From the human T2T-CHM13v2.0 reference genome, Homo sapiens: a stretch of DNA of 64,000 bases. Numbering within the stretch: the stretch's first letter is position 1; each line of letters starts with the position of its first letter. Of the stretch, positions 18,885 through 46,500 are shown piece by piece. A program made the translations under genes and the position numbers. The stretch lies in the NCBI RefSeq assembly GCF_009914755.1, contig NC_060935.1. One strand, 5' to 3'. Under the pieces are notes generated by a model. The model searched no databases. It was not told the origin of the DNA and saw nothing but the letters and a program-made list of their open reading frames with translations.

Positions 18885-19183
18885 TTCTTTTTTTTTTTTC
18901 TTGAGACAGGTCTCACTCTGTCTCAAGGCTGGACTACAGTGGCATGACAATAGTTCACTGCAACCTTGATCTCTTGGGCTCAAGGGATCCTTCCATCTCA
19001 GCCTCCCAAGTAGATGGGACTACAGGTGCATGCCACCATGTCCAGCTTTTTTTTTCTTTTTAGTAGAGACAAGGTCTTGCTGTGTTGCCCAGGCTGGTCT
19101 TGAACTCCTTGAGCTCAAGTGATCCTCCCAACTGGGCCTCTCAAAGTGCTGAGATTACAGGTGTAAACCACCTCACCCAGCCT
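18885..19183 (-). mobile_element. AluJ
   Basis: Dimer with J-type GGGCTCAAG..ATCCT right monomer. Confidence 0.9.
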
Positions 19184-20104
19184 AATCTTTATTATTTTCT
19201 TCCTTCTACTAGCTTTGGGTTTAGTTTGCTGGAATGTACAAAGTTAGATTATTCCTTATATAACAGAATTCTTTTTTTCTTTTTTTTGAGATGGAGTCTC
19301 GCTCCAAATGACAGAACTCTTAAATGAGTTGTCTAAGTGAGCACACTTTGTCATTGCTAGGAGAACTTGAGGGTTCAAATGTACCACTACTTTCCAAAGT
19401 AGCCCTTGACTTCCCAAATTATAGCTCTTTAGGGGCGGATTCTTCCATTGTTCACATACACAACACTCACTAGATCACAAGATTTCCCTCATAAAAACCG
19501 AAATAGTGCAGAGGTTGATGTCTACTGCCCATAGATTCTAAATCTTCCTAACCCTAACTTCAGTGAAGAAGCCAGACCACTGCCCACTCTGTTTTGATGG
19601 TCATAGGCACTGTTGTCTGAAAGACCAGTTGACTGCCACACTAAATAAGTGAATATCAAAGAAGGATATGAAACTCATCCCTCTTGGAGGCACCAGTGGA
19701 GCTTACTATAATTTTTCCTCCTGTGCTATAAATTTCAGATTCTGCACATCACACATGTACGAAGAAATATGACCAGAAGGATTTTTCACTAAAATGCTAA
19801 CAGTCATGGAATAATTTTGGGGATTTATTTTATTTTTTTAAATTTGTTATATTGTTGAATTTTTAGAACAATGAAGATATATAATTTTTATAATTAGAAG
19901 AGTAATAAACAGCTAGCACGTATTAATCACTTGCTATCCACAAACATTTTACACCTGATCCTTCACAGGACCTCTATAAGGTACATACTGTTGCTATCCT
20001 CATTTACCAATAAAGAAACTGAGACAGAAACAGATCAAGTAATTTGCCTGAGTCACACAGCTGAGAAGTGGCAGAGCCAGGGTACAAACCTAGATAGTCT
20101 GTTT

Positions 20105-20485
<381 letters not shown>

Positions 20486-21387
20486 TGAATATATAAAGTA
20501 TATGCTCAATACATTAATGTTACATTTTGAGGGGGTTACATTCTGGTTGTGCCAAAGGGTATATTTCAGGATCTTGCCACATTACCATCACTGATAAAAG
20601 TCTACCAAGTATTTAAGTGCTACTGTAGCCCATTCTCAATCATGATCAAATGCATGAAGAAATGTTCTTTGCTATTCAAATTTATTTTGCTTGGGGCAAA
20701 CCTAAAAATGATCACTAAGCAGACACTGCTAAATAACAGATCTACAAATAACATTCTGGCACAAAGCAAGTTGCAGCTTTGTTGAGAAGCACCAGCTAGC
20801 AAGGCTAGTTTTAGAAATGATTAAGAAAACAGGTATGATTATATAGTCGGTCATATTTTAAAGCAAATGTAGATGAGCAGGAAGGTGAGGTGAACAAGGG
20901 GCTGGCACAGTCCAGTGACTGAGTGAGTAACACTAAGAGGTGGATCACTAACAGATGGTAATGGGCTTAGATGGCCAGATGTACTTAACAGTGTAGTTAG
21001 GCACAGACAGTAAGCACTTCTGAACCAGAGAAGTTGACTTCTGTACCTTCAAGCTCCAAACCTTCTGCTCATTGTACACTAACATACTGTGTTTCATAGG
21101 CTAGCAATGCCAACTGTTGTAGAAAAATATTGATGAAAGTAATTGAAAATTCTAACAAAACCTAATTCCATGTTATAGCTAAATTAATACATTAGTATAG
21201 TCTCCTCCTTGGTGTAATAATTTCTCAAGAATATATTCCATTAAAGCCCTAGTATACTTATGCCACCTCCTCTATGTCACTAATTCTCCACTAGGTCTCT
21301 TTCTGCTTCCAGAAAAACTGTTATGCACAGAAAACTTGGATGTACACAATCCAATCTGAGTTATATTAACATAATGGCATTAAACAA

Positions 21388-22070
21388 ACTCACATCCATT
21401 AGGATGGCTACTATCAGGAAAAGAAAAAAAACAAAAAACAAAGATAAAAAGTGTTGGCAAGGATGTGGTGAAATCAGAAGTCTGTGCCCGATTGGTGGGA
21501 TTGTAAAATGGTACAACTGCTGTGGAAAACAGTGTGGCAGTTCCTCAAAAAATTAAAAATAGAACTACCATATGATCCAAGGGTCTTGAAAAGATATTTG
21601 TACACCCATGGTCATAAGCAGCACAATTCAAAATAGACAAGCGGTGGAAGCAAACCAAATGTCTCTCAACAGATGAATGCATAAATACAATGTGGCGTAT
21701 ACATACAATGCAATATTATTTAGCCTTAAAGAGGATGGAAATCCTGTCACATGCTGTAACATGGATGAACCTGAAGGATATTATTTTAAGTGAGACAAGC
21801 CAGTCACAAGAACATAAACACGGTATGATTCTACTTACATGAGCTATCTGCATTATTCAAATTCATTGAGACAGAAAGTAGAATGGTGGTTACCAGGGGC
21901 TGGACAGACGGGGAAGAGGTAGGTTGTTGTTTAAGGAGTATATGGTTGCAGATTTGCAAGACAAAAAAGTTTTTGAAATCTGATTCACAATAGTATGAGT
22001 ATACTTAACACCACAGAACTTTATTCTGAAAAATGGTTAAGATGGTAAATGTTATGTTTTTTACCATAAT
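21388..22070 (+). mobile_element. L1MB 3' end
   Basis: CATCCATTAGGATGGCTACTATC...ACATGGATGAACCTGAAGGA...AAAATGGTTAAGATGGTAAAT 3'UTR. Confidence 0.8.
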
Positions 22071-22159
22071 ATGTTTTAAAAACTTCACAAAAAATCAAAA
22101 TGTTAAACATAAAAGAAAATGGATTAATTAGACTTGATAAAAGTTAAAAATACATTGGT

Positions 22160-28237
<6,078 letters not shown>

Positions 28238-29109
28238 TGATACTACAGATTCTAAGTACAATATGAAGAAAAATAAGAGTAATTTAATTAAAAAACAATA
28301 TGACTTTAAGTGTAATATTAAAAAGCTGATTTCTAACAACAAAAAAAATTTTTAATATCCATTCATCAAGATTTTGAAAACAAAATGAAAAGGCTAATCA
28401 CATAGTGGGAGAAAATATTCACAACACATACACATGTGGAGGTTGTGGTACTCTCTCCAGATTTCCCTTCCACAACTGCCAGAAGTTTTGGCTCAGAGAA
28501 GCTGAACAGCTGAGCCTGCCTCTATACATTGCTCTTGGCCAGAGGGAGCTGCCAGGGAATGAATGCCTCAGTCCTGAAGGTGTTTGAAAATGTAAATGTG
28601 AAGATCGCTGTTATCAATGGAATCTGTAGCTCTGTGTGAAATGTCTTAGGTGTGGGCAAGGAGAGTTTTACAGCAGAGTGTTGGAGAAATTCAATAGTTA
28701 ATGTTTCGGTAAAGGAGGGAGACGATGAGAAGGTAATGGGGAAGAGAAAAAGAAAAGATAAGGGAATCCAGGGAGATGGGAGAGAAGCTAGAATTGTGTG
28801 GAAACATGGAAGTCACCAGAAGAGGATGCATGAGAAAGGAAGCAAATTGTCAAATGCTGCAGAGATATTAGGCAAGAGAAAGACTGAACAATCAATATTC
28901 ATCACATTTAGAAATAAGGAAGTCACTGGGGACCTGACGTGACAGAAATTTGGTTACATATTGGGGCAGAAGCCACATTGTAATGTGCTCATGAGGAGGT
29001 AAGGTATTAGTAAGTGAAACAATGGAAAAATGTTGAATGTGAAGGGGTAGAGAGAACTACATGAATATCTGGAACTGCTTCCTGGACTAGATAGCAAAAT
29101 GCCTGAAAT

Positions 29110-30290
29110 TGTAATTTAATTATTTTTGAATAAGTAATATTAATACATTCATTTGGTTCAAAGGTCTAAAAGATTATACACTCAGAAGTCTTAACACTCA
29201 CATATGTCCATCCAGTTCCTCATCCTCCATATCCCTCATGTATCCACTGTATGTAACCACTATTGACTAGTTTTACGGAATCCTCTCACTACTTCTTTAG
29301 GCAGCTATGAGCAAATACTAGTATAAATACATATTCCTCCCCTCTTTCTTACACAAAGGCAGCATAATAGCTTTGCTGTTTTCCCCTTAACAGTAAATTT
29401 TGTATATCTGTCAAGATTAGTCCTGAGAGAACAATACTTAGGTTGTCTCTAACAACTAGCTACTATAAACAATGCAGCATTGAATAATCTTGTACAGATG
29501 AAAATTCATACATGCTCAATTCATACATTCCCTGGCAGCTCCCTCTGGCCAAGAGCAATATACAGAGGCAGGCTCAGCTGTCGAGCTTCTCTCATGTGGT
29601 GAATTTTCAGGCTGCAAGTCCAGAAGTGTGGACTTTTATCAAAAGATAATTCATTTTAAATTTTGATGGGCATTGCCAAATTACTATCTATAGGGTTTGC
29701 ATAATTTTGTTCTCCCAGGAGGAGTGTGGTGGTGCTTATTTCTCTTAGCTTCAGCAACAGAGAATGCTATCACACCTACAAATTTTTTGTCATCTGATGA
29801 GTGACAATGGTATTTTAAAATACTTTTATTTTTCCTTTATATTATCATAACAAAGGTTGAAAATGTTTTTATCTGTTTAAAGTTAATGCGTTTCTTTTGT
29901 AGTGAACCTCGTTGCACAGAGTTTTACTGTCTTTGTCTATTTTCCTTTTGGGTTTCTGGCTATTCTGTTTTCAGTTTCCAGAGGCCCTTTATCTATTAGT
30001 GGTATTGGGTTATTTGCTTGTGATATAAGTTACAAATATTTTTATTCTAGTTATTTTGCTTATTGATTTTACTCATGTTGGTTTTTTGTTTTGTTATTTT
30101 ATGTTTTTGCCATGTAGAAGTTATTTTTATTTTACTTTAGTTTACTGTATCACTATTTCTTTTATATGGCTTCTGCATATTGAATTCTGATTGGAAAGAC
30201 CTTTCATACTCTAAAGATATAAAGGAATTTTTGATATATTCTTCTAGCAGTGTTATATTTTCCCTTCTTAATGGAAATCTTTAATCTACT
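29110..30290 (-). mobile_element. Old L1ME-type fragment containing a 71-bp inverted insertion
   Basis: T-rich degraded L1 3' region (TATAAACAATGCAGCATTGAATAATCTTGTACA..TTTTAAATTTTGATGGGCATTGCCAAATT). Confidence 0.6.
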
Positions 30291-33200
30291 ACATCCTTAT
30301 ACAAGTGGGTATGATGATTTTTATGACAGGAAGTAGCAGGAACACAACTTTATTATCTTCTACTTTCACAGTAAAGTAAGAGTCAGTTTCATGTGCTGAG
30401 ACTTGATAAGGAGCCGAGGTGGGAAGAGGGGAAGTTGAAGGTGAAGAGTAAAGCTTGATTCAGTCACTATAAAGAAAAGAACCATCCAACTTGAAAGACT
30501 TCCTGGTAAGAGTGTTGGAAAGTACTGGAGGCTCAGTTGAGCCCGGTGATAATACATTTATAATAATAGCAATAGGTCTGGTTATGTGATTTTTCTCTAG
30601 TTATGCTCAGAAGAAGCCCATTGCAAGCATGGCAAATGCAGATAGGATTCAAGTTTTTAATCCAGAAAGTCACATATCCAGATTGCAGGCATTTCCCAAA
30701 AAATGAGCCAAAAGGACAACAAGGAAAAGGAATATAGATTGCTTTCAAGAGAATGACAGAAATTATTGGTTCAAAATTGGATTGAGAGTGAGTAGAGCAA
30801 GACATCTGAATAGAAGCCTCCACTGATCATCACCCCCAGGCAAGAACACCAAATTTAACAACTATGTACACAAAAAAGCATAAGAACCAAAATCAGGTGA
30901 GCAATCACAGTATCTGTTTATAACTTCATATCACTGAAAGAGGAACTGAATAGGGTAGAAAAGACAATATTGAATTGCTGACACCACCCCTGCCCCATCT
31001 CCTGGCAGTGACCACGTGTCACAGAGAGAGAATCTGTGCACTTGGGTGAGGGAGAGTGCAGGGATTGCGGGAAATCAGTACTGCAAACAGTGGCAGAACT
31101 CAGCCAATGCCCACAGAGGGAGCATTTAGACTAGCCCTATCCAGAAGGGAATTGCCTATTCTAGTGGTCAGAACTTGAGTTTCTCCTCAAGCCTCACCAT
31201 CACAGGCTAAAGTGTTGTGGGGTTCTAAGTAAACTTGAAAGGCAGTCTAGCCCACAAGCTCTGCAACTCCTAAGCAAGTCTTAGTGCTGTACTAGGCTTG
31301 GAGCCAGTGGACTTGGAGAGCTCGTGATCTAGTGAGACACAAGCTAGGGTGGCTGAGGGAGTGCTTGTCCCACCCCTCCACCAGCTCCAGGGAGTGCAGC
31401 TCACAACAGCAAAATTGACACCTACCTTATGCTTCATTTAAGGAGAGGGAAGAGTAAAGAGGACTTTGTCTTGCAACTTGGATACCAACAGAACCACAGT
31501 AGGATAGGGTGCTGGGCAGAGTTATGAGATCCATGTTCCAGGCCCTCGCTCTCAGATGACATTTCTAGACACACTCTGGGCCAGGAGGAAACCTGCTGCC
31601 TTAAAGGGAGGGACCTAGTCCTAAAAGATTCATCACCTGCTGACTAAAGAGCCCTTGGGCCCTGAATAACTAGCCGTGATGCCCAGGTAGTACACCATGA
31701 GCCTTCAGTGAGGCTCTGAGATGTGCTAGCTTCAGGTGAAACCCACCATATTTTCAGCCATGATGGTTATGGTGAGACTCCTTCTGCTTGAGAAAAGCAG
31801 GTGGAAAAGCAAAGGGGACTTTGTATTGCATTTTAGGTACCAGCTCAGCCACAGCGAGGCAGAGCACCAAGCAAACTCTCGGGGTCCCCAATTCCAGGTC
31901 TTGGCTCTTGGATGGCATTTCTGGACCTGTACTGGGATGGAGGAGAGCCCACTGCCCTGAAGGTGATTCCCAGGCCTGACAGCATTCACCACAAGCTGAC
32001 TGAAGAGTAGCTGGGCTTTAAGGGAACATTGGTGGTAGTCTGGCAGTACTATCCATGGGGCCGTGGTGGCGGTGGCCATGAGGTGAGGCATCTCTGCCTT
32101 TGCAAAGGGGAGAGAAGAGTGGGAAGAACTGCATCTTGTGGTTTGAGTGCCAGCTCAGCTACACTGGTACAATATAACACCAGGTAGACTTCTAAGGTTT
32201 TTGATTCTAGTACCTGGCTCCTGGACAGTACCTCTGGAGCTGCCCAGGACCTAGAGGAACTCACCACTCTAAAAGGAAGAACACAGGCATGGCCAGCTTT
32301 ACCAACTGCTGATTATAGAGCCCCAGGGTCTCAAGTGAACCTAGGCTATAGCCAGGAAGTGATTACAGCAGGCCTTAGGTGAGACCCAGTGCTGTGCTGG
32401 CTTCAGGTATGACCCAGCACAGTCCTAATGGTGGTGGACACTAGGGTCTTTGTGTCAACTCCACTCCCAGATCCAGGTGACTCAGAACAGAGAGAGCGAC
32501 TTCTTTCATTTGGGAGAAAGTAAGGGAAGAGAACAACAATCTTTGCCTGCTAGTTCAGAGATTTCTTCCATATCTTGTCCAAGACCATCGAGGTGGTACC
32601 TCTATGAGTCTGCAAGAACCACAGTATTACTTGGCTTAGGGTGTCCCCCTAAAGCAGATACAGCTTAGATCTCAACACTCAACTCCTTTGGAATATCTGG
32701 AAAACTTTCTAAAGAAGGATGAGTACAAAGAAGCCCAGAATGAGAAGACTACATAAATATTTAACTCTTTAATGCCCAGACACAGAAGAAGATCTAGAAG
32801 TATCAAGACCATCCAGGAAAACATGATCTCATCAAATGAACTAATTAAGGCACCAGGGACCAATCCTGGAGAAACAGAGATGTATGACCTTTCAAACAGA
32901 TATAATAATTCAAAGTAGCTGTTTTGAGGAAACTCAAAGAAATTCAAGATATCACAGAGAAGGAATTCAGAATTCCGTCAGATAAATGTAACAAAGAGAT
33001 TGAAATAATTAAGAAGAACCAAGCAGAAATTGTGGAGCTGAAACATGCAATTGACATACTGAAGAATACATCCGAGTTTTTAATAGCAGAATTGATGAAG
33101 CAGAAGAAAGAATTAGTGAACTGGAAGACAGGCTATTTGAAAATAGATACTCAGAAGAGAAAAATGGAAAAAAGAAAAAAAAATGAAGCACACCTACAGG

Positions 33201-34297
33201 ATCTAGAAAATAATCTCAAAAGCAAAAATCTAAGAGTTATTGGCCCTAAAAAGGAGTTAGAGAAAGAGATAAGTTTATTCAAAGGGATAATAACAGAGAA
33301 CTTCCCAAACCTTGAGAGACATTAATTTCCAAGAACAAGAAGTTTATAAACACCAAGCAGATTTAACCCAAAGAAGACTGCCTCTAGGCATTTAATAATC
33401 AAACTCCTAAAGGTCAAAGATAAAGAAAGGATCCCAAAAGCAACAAAAGAAAAGAAACAACATACCATGAAGCTCCAACACATCTGGCAGCAGACTTTTC
33501 ACTGTAAACTTTATAGGCTAGGGGAGAGTGGCATGAATTACTGAAAGTGCTGAAGGCAAAATTCTTTATCCTGGAATTGTATATCTGGTGAAAATATCCC
33601 TCAAACATGGAGAAACAAAGACTTTCCCAGACAAACAAAAGCTGAGGGATTTCATCAACATCAGACCTGTCCTGCAAGAAATGCTAAAAAGAATTTTTCA
33701 ATCTGAAAGGGAAAGATGTTAATGAGCAATAAGAAAGCATTTGAAGGTACAAAACTCACTGGCAATAGTAAGTACATAGAAAAACACATAATATTATACT
33801 ATAATTGTGATATGCAAACTTCTCTTATCTTAAGTCAAAGACTAAAAAATGAACCAATAAAAAATAACAACTGCAAAAACTTTTCAAGACATAGATAGTA
33901 CAATAAGATATAAATAGACACAAGAAAAATTTAAATAGTGGGGGATGAAGTAAATGTATAAGTTTTTTATTAGTTTGCTTTGTGTTTGTTTGTTTATGCA
34001 ATCAGTGTTAAGTTGCCATCAGTTTAAAATAATGGGTTATAAGATAATATTTCTAAGCCTCATGGAAACCTCAAATCAAAATACATATAATGGCTACACA
34101 AAAAATAGAAAGCAAGACATTAAAACATATTACCAGAGAAAATCACCTTCACTAAAAGGAAGACAGGAAGGAAGGAAAGAAGAAATACAAGACCACAAAA
34201 CAACCAGAAAACAAGTAACAAAGTGGCAGAAGTAGATCTTTACTTACCAATAATAACATGGAATGTAAACAGCCTCCAACCAAAAAACGTAGAGTGG

Positions 34298-41057
<6,760 letters not shown>

Positions 41058-42910
41058 GCCTGTAGAAATTGGCACAGAGAAATTTATTTTATGTTTAAAT
41101 CAGAAATTCAAGCATAGTAGAGTATCTTTTTAAATAGACTATTCTTGAAACAAATGAATTTGAAATACTTGGCATTGTTTTTGAATATTTATGTGTATCC
41201 TACTTGTATATGTTAAATCATTCTTAAGTTATAAAAAACGGTAAAAGTCCATGACTATACTTAAGCCTCAGATAACAAATTTACTTCTGAAAGTTCTCTT
41301 TCCATTAACAAAAGCTGCAATAACTTTACTACTATCAAAAGAATATAACACCTATTTTATCATTTATACTTGGAATGTTACACTTGAATGATAAAAATTA
41401 AACTTAAAATATTTAAAAAAGACATAGAGTGGCTGAACAGAATTTTTTTAGAGACTGAATAATATATTGCTTGCAAGAAACACACTTCACCTATAAGACA
41501 CACATAGACTGATGGAAAAAAGATATTCCATGCCATTGGAAACCAAAAAAGAACAGAAACAGCTACATTCATATCAGAAAAAAATAGATTTCAAGACAAA
41601 TCTATAAGAAGAGACAAAGAAAGTGATTGTGTAATGATAAAGGGGTCAATTCAGCAAGAGGATGTAACAAATGTAAATTTATATATGCACTCAACACTGG
41701 AATGCAAATATAATTTGAGCTAAAGAGAGAGACAGACCCCAGTACAGTAATAGCTAGAGACTTTCACACCTCACTTTCAGAATTGGACAGATCTTCTAGG
41801 CAGAAAATCAACAATGAATACACATTCTTTTCTTAGCACATAGATCATTCTTAAAGATAGACAATATGTTAGGTCACAAACAAGTCTTAAAACACTGAAA
41901 AAATTTGAAATAATATCAGGCATCTTTTCTGACCACAATGGAATAAAACTAGGAATCAATAACAAGAGGAATTTTGGAAAACATACAAGCATATGAAAAT
42001 TAAACAATATGCTCCTGAATGACAAGTGAGTCAATAAAGAAATTAAAAGAGAAATTGAAAAATTTATTGAAACAATTGATAATGGAAACACAACATACCA
42101 ATACCTATGAGATACAGTGAAAGCAGTACTAAGAGGGAAGTTTATAGCTATAAGTACCTACATTTTTTAAAAGTAGAAAAACTTCAAATAGGTAACCTAA
42201 TGATGCATCTTAAAGAACTAGAAAAGCAAGAGCAAATCAAACCCGAAATTAGAAGAAGAAAAGAAATAATGAAGATCATAGCAAAAATAAGTGAAATTGA
42301 AATGAAGAAAATAATTCAAAAGATCAATGAAATAAAAAATTGGTTTTTTGAAAAGATAAAATTAACAAGCCTTTGTCCAGACTATGAAAAAAAAAGACCA
42401 AAATAAATAAAATCAGAGATGAGAAAGGAGACATTACAATGGATACTGCAGAAATTCAAAGGATTGTTAGTAGCTATTATGAGCAACTATATGCCAATAA
42501 ATTGGAAAGTCTACAAGAAATGGATAAATTCTTAGACCTATACAACTTACCAAGATTGCACCATGAAGAAAGCTAAAATCTCATCAGACCAGTAACAGGT
42601 AATGAGAATGGAACTCTGATAAAGAAGTCACCCAGCAAAGACAAACCCAGGACCTGCTATCATCACTGCTGAACTCTACCAAACATTGAAAGAAGAACTA
42701 ATAACAATCCTACTCAAACTATTCTGAAAAATACAGGAAGAGAGAATACGTCCAAACCAGCAAACCAAATTCAACCATACATTAAGAAAGATCATTCATC
42801 ATGATCAAGTGGGATTTATCCTCGGGATGCAAGGATGGTTCAACATATGCAGATCAATCAATGTGACAGCATATCAACAGAGTGAAGGGCAAAAACTATA
42901 TGATTATTTC

Positions 42911-43210
42911 TTTTTGTTTGTTTGTTTTGAGATGGAGTCTCACTCAGTCACCCAGGCTGGAGTGCACTGGTGCAATCTCGGCTCACTGCAACCTCCACCC
43001 CACCAAGTTCAAACGATTCTCATGCCTCAGCCTCCCAAGTAGCTGGGATTAAGGCGTGTGCCACCACACCCTACTAATTTCTTGTATTTTTAGTAAAGAC
43101 AGGTTTCACCATGTTGGCCAGGCTGGTCTCAAACTCCTGACCTGAAGTGAGCCGCCTGCCATGGCCTCCCAAAGTGCTCGGATTATAGGCATGAGCCACC
43201 ACACCTGACC
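42911..43210 (-). mobile_element. AluS inside L1MA
   Basis: TSD TATATGATTATTTC at 42897-42910 and 43212-43225. Confidence 0.95.
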
Positions 43211-43265
43211 ATATATGATTATTTCAATTGATGCTGGAAAAACATTTGATAAAATTCAATATCCA

Positions 43266-43558
43266 GGCTGGGCACGGTGGCTCGTGCCTGTAATCCCAGC
43301 ACTTTGGGAGGCTGAGGCGGGTGGATCACAAGGTTAGGAGATCAAGACCATACTGTCTAACACAGTGAAAGAAACCCCGTCTCTACTAAAAATACAAAAA
43401 ATTAGCTGGGCATGGTGGTGGGCACCTGTAGTCCCAGCTACTCAGGAGGCTGAGGCAGGAGAATGGCATGAACTCGGGAGGTGGAGCTTGCGGTGAGCCG
43501 AAATCACCCCACTGCACTCCAGCCTGGGCAACAGAGCAAGACTCAGTTTCAAAAAAAA
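43266..43558 (+). mobile_element. AluSc/AluY inside L1MA
   Basis: TSD AAAATTCAATATCC (43251-43264)/AAAATTCAACATCC (43559-43572). Confidence 0.95.
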
Positions 43559-46500
43559 AAAATTCAACATCCCTTCATGATAAAAACCCTTAAAAACCAG
43601 GTAGAGAAGAAACATAACATAATGAAAGGCATATATGACAGATCCACAGGTAGTATCATACTGAATGGGGAAAAACTGAAAGCCTCTCCTCTAATATATG
43701 GAACACGACAAGGATGCCCACTTTCAGCACTGTTATTCAACATAGTCCTGAAAGTCCTAGCTGGAGCAATCAGACAAAATAAAGAAATAAAGAGCATCCA
43801 AATTGGAAAGGAAGAAGTCAAATTATACTTGTTTGCAGATGATATGATCTTATAATAAGAAAACCTAGACTCCACCAAAAAACTATTATAACTTATAAAC
43901 AAATTTAGTAAAGTTGCAAGATACAAAATCAACATGCAAAACTCAGTAGCATTTCTATATTCCAACAGTGAACAAGCTGAAAAAGAAATCAAGAAAGTAA
44001 TCCCATTTACAATAGATATAAATAAAATGAAATACCTAGGAACTAACTTAACCAAAGAAGTGAAATATCTCTACAATGGAAACTATAAAACATTGATTCA
44101 AGAAATTGAATAAGATACAAAAAATGGAAAGATATTTCATGTTTATAGATTGGAAGAATCAATACTTTGTGTGTCCATACTACTCAAAGCAGTCTACAGA
44201 TTCAGTGCAATCCCTATCAAAATATCAATGACATTCTTCACAGAAATAGAAAAAAGCAATCCTAAGATTTATATAAAACCACAAAATACCCAGAATTGCC
44301 AAAGCTATCCTAGGCAGAAAGAACAAAACTGAAGGAATCACATTACCTGACTTCAAATTATACTACAGAGATGTAGTAACCAAAACAGCGTGGTACTAGC
44401 ATAAAAACAGACACATGGACCAATGGAACAGAACAGAGAATCCAGAAACAAATCCATACACCTACTCATTTTCAACAGAGGTGCCAAGAACATACATTGG
44501 GGAAAAGACCGTCTCTTCAATAAATGGTGCTGGGAAAACTGGATATCCATATGCAGAAGAACAAAACTAGACCCCTATCTTTTTCCATATACAAAAGTCA
44601 AATCAAAATTGATTAAAGACTGAAATCTAAGACCTCAAATATGAAACTACTACCAAAAAAATAATTGGAGAAACTCTACAGGACATTGGAGTGGGCAAAG
44701 ACTTCTTGAGAAATACCCCACAAGCACAGGAGACCAAAGCAAAAATGGACAAATGAGATCACATCAAGTTAAAAAGCTTCTGCAGAGCAGTCAATGAACT
44801 GAAGAGACAACCCACAGAATGGGAGAAAATATTTGCAAACTGCCTATCTGACAAGGGATTAATAACCAGAATATATAAGGAGCTCAAACAACTCTACTGA
44901 AAAAATGTAATAATCCAATTTAAACATGAGCAAGAGATCTGAATAGACATTTCTCAAAAGATATACAAATGGCAAACAAGGATATGAAAAAGTGCTCAAC
45001 ATCATGAATAATCAGAAAACTGCAAATCAAAACTCCAAAGAGATATCATCTCACTCCAGTTAAAATGGCTTTTTGTCCCCAAAAGTTAGGCAATAACAAA
45101 TGCTAATGAGGATGTGGAGAAAATGGAACCATTGTACATTGTAGGTGGGAATGCACATTAGTACAGGCATTAAAGACAACAGTATGGCAGTTCCTCAAAA
45201 AACTAAAAATTGAGGTAGCATATGATCCAGCAATCCCACTACTAGGTACATGCTCAACAGAAAGGAAATCAGCATATCAAAGAGATATTTGCACTCCCAT
45301 GTTTATTGAAGCACTATTCACAATAGCCAGGATTTGGAAGCAAGCTAAGTGTCCCTCAACTGGTGAACTGATAAAGAAAATGTGGTTGGTACATACACAC
45401 AATGGAGTACTATTCACCCATACAAAAGAATGAGATTCTGTCATTTGCAACTTGGATGCAACTAGAGGTCATTATATTAAGTGAAATAAGCCAGGCACAG
45501 AAAGAGAAACTTCGCATAGTCTCACTTATTTGTGGGAGCCAAAAAGTAAAACAATTGAATTCACGGAGATAGAGAGTAGAAGGATGTTTACCAGAGGTTG
45601 GGAAGGGTAGTTGGGGGAGAGGGTGGGAGAAAAGTGGGGATGGTTAATGGGTACAAAAAAAGACAGAATAAGACATAGTATTTGATAGCACAACAGGGTG
45701 ACTATAGTTAATAATAACTTAATTGTAGATTTAAAAATAGATAAAAGACTATAATTGAATTGTTTGTAACACAAAGAATAAATGCTTGAGGGGATGGATA
45801 CCCCATTCGCCCTTATGTGATTATTGTGCATTACATGCCTGTATCAAAATATCTCACGTACCCTATAAATATATATACCTATGTGTACCCACAAAAATTA
45901 AAAATAACAAAATTTTAAAAAAACGAAATTAGATTAAAAGTAAATGAGGACAAGAGGAGGCAAGAGGGTTCTAAGAAACTATGTGTGTAACTAGACCAGA
46001 CATTAGTCTGAAAAACAAGTATATGGAGGGCAGAAAAGAAAATAAGGAGAAATTATGGGACATGATGGTGAAGAATGGGCTGTCTGATTTAGTGATTTTA
46101 TAGGCAGAATTGTTCTAGGTGAAGGCAGGATCTAGGGTGTAACTTTGGGAGCATAAGGTGAGAAGGGTGGAGAAGGCCACTGAAAATAAAATAATCAAAA
46201 AACTAAAAGCCAAGGTTTTGGATAATTAGTCCTGTCTAGATACTAAAGCTACCAATATGAACGGGCAGATTAAGAGTAGAGAGAAAGATTGACCAGCTGA
46301 GTGACTGAGTCTTTGATGAATGAGAGTTGGCACCCAGAATGTCAATAGATGACAGACACAGGAAGAATAGAAGGTAATGTGCCAAATGGCACCAACTGTG
46401 TCAAAGCAGAGGCTTTCACAAGCATTAAAAGAGGAATGGTGAAAATCCAGCATTAAGGAACAATGAGGAGAGAAGTTTCTGACCCCACCTCTGGTCCCTG

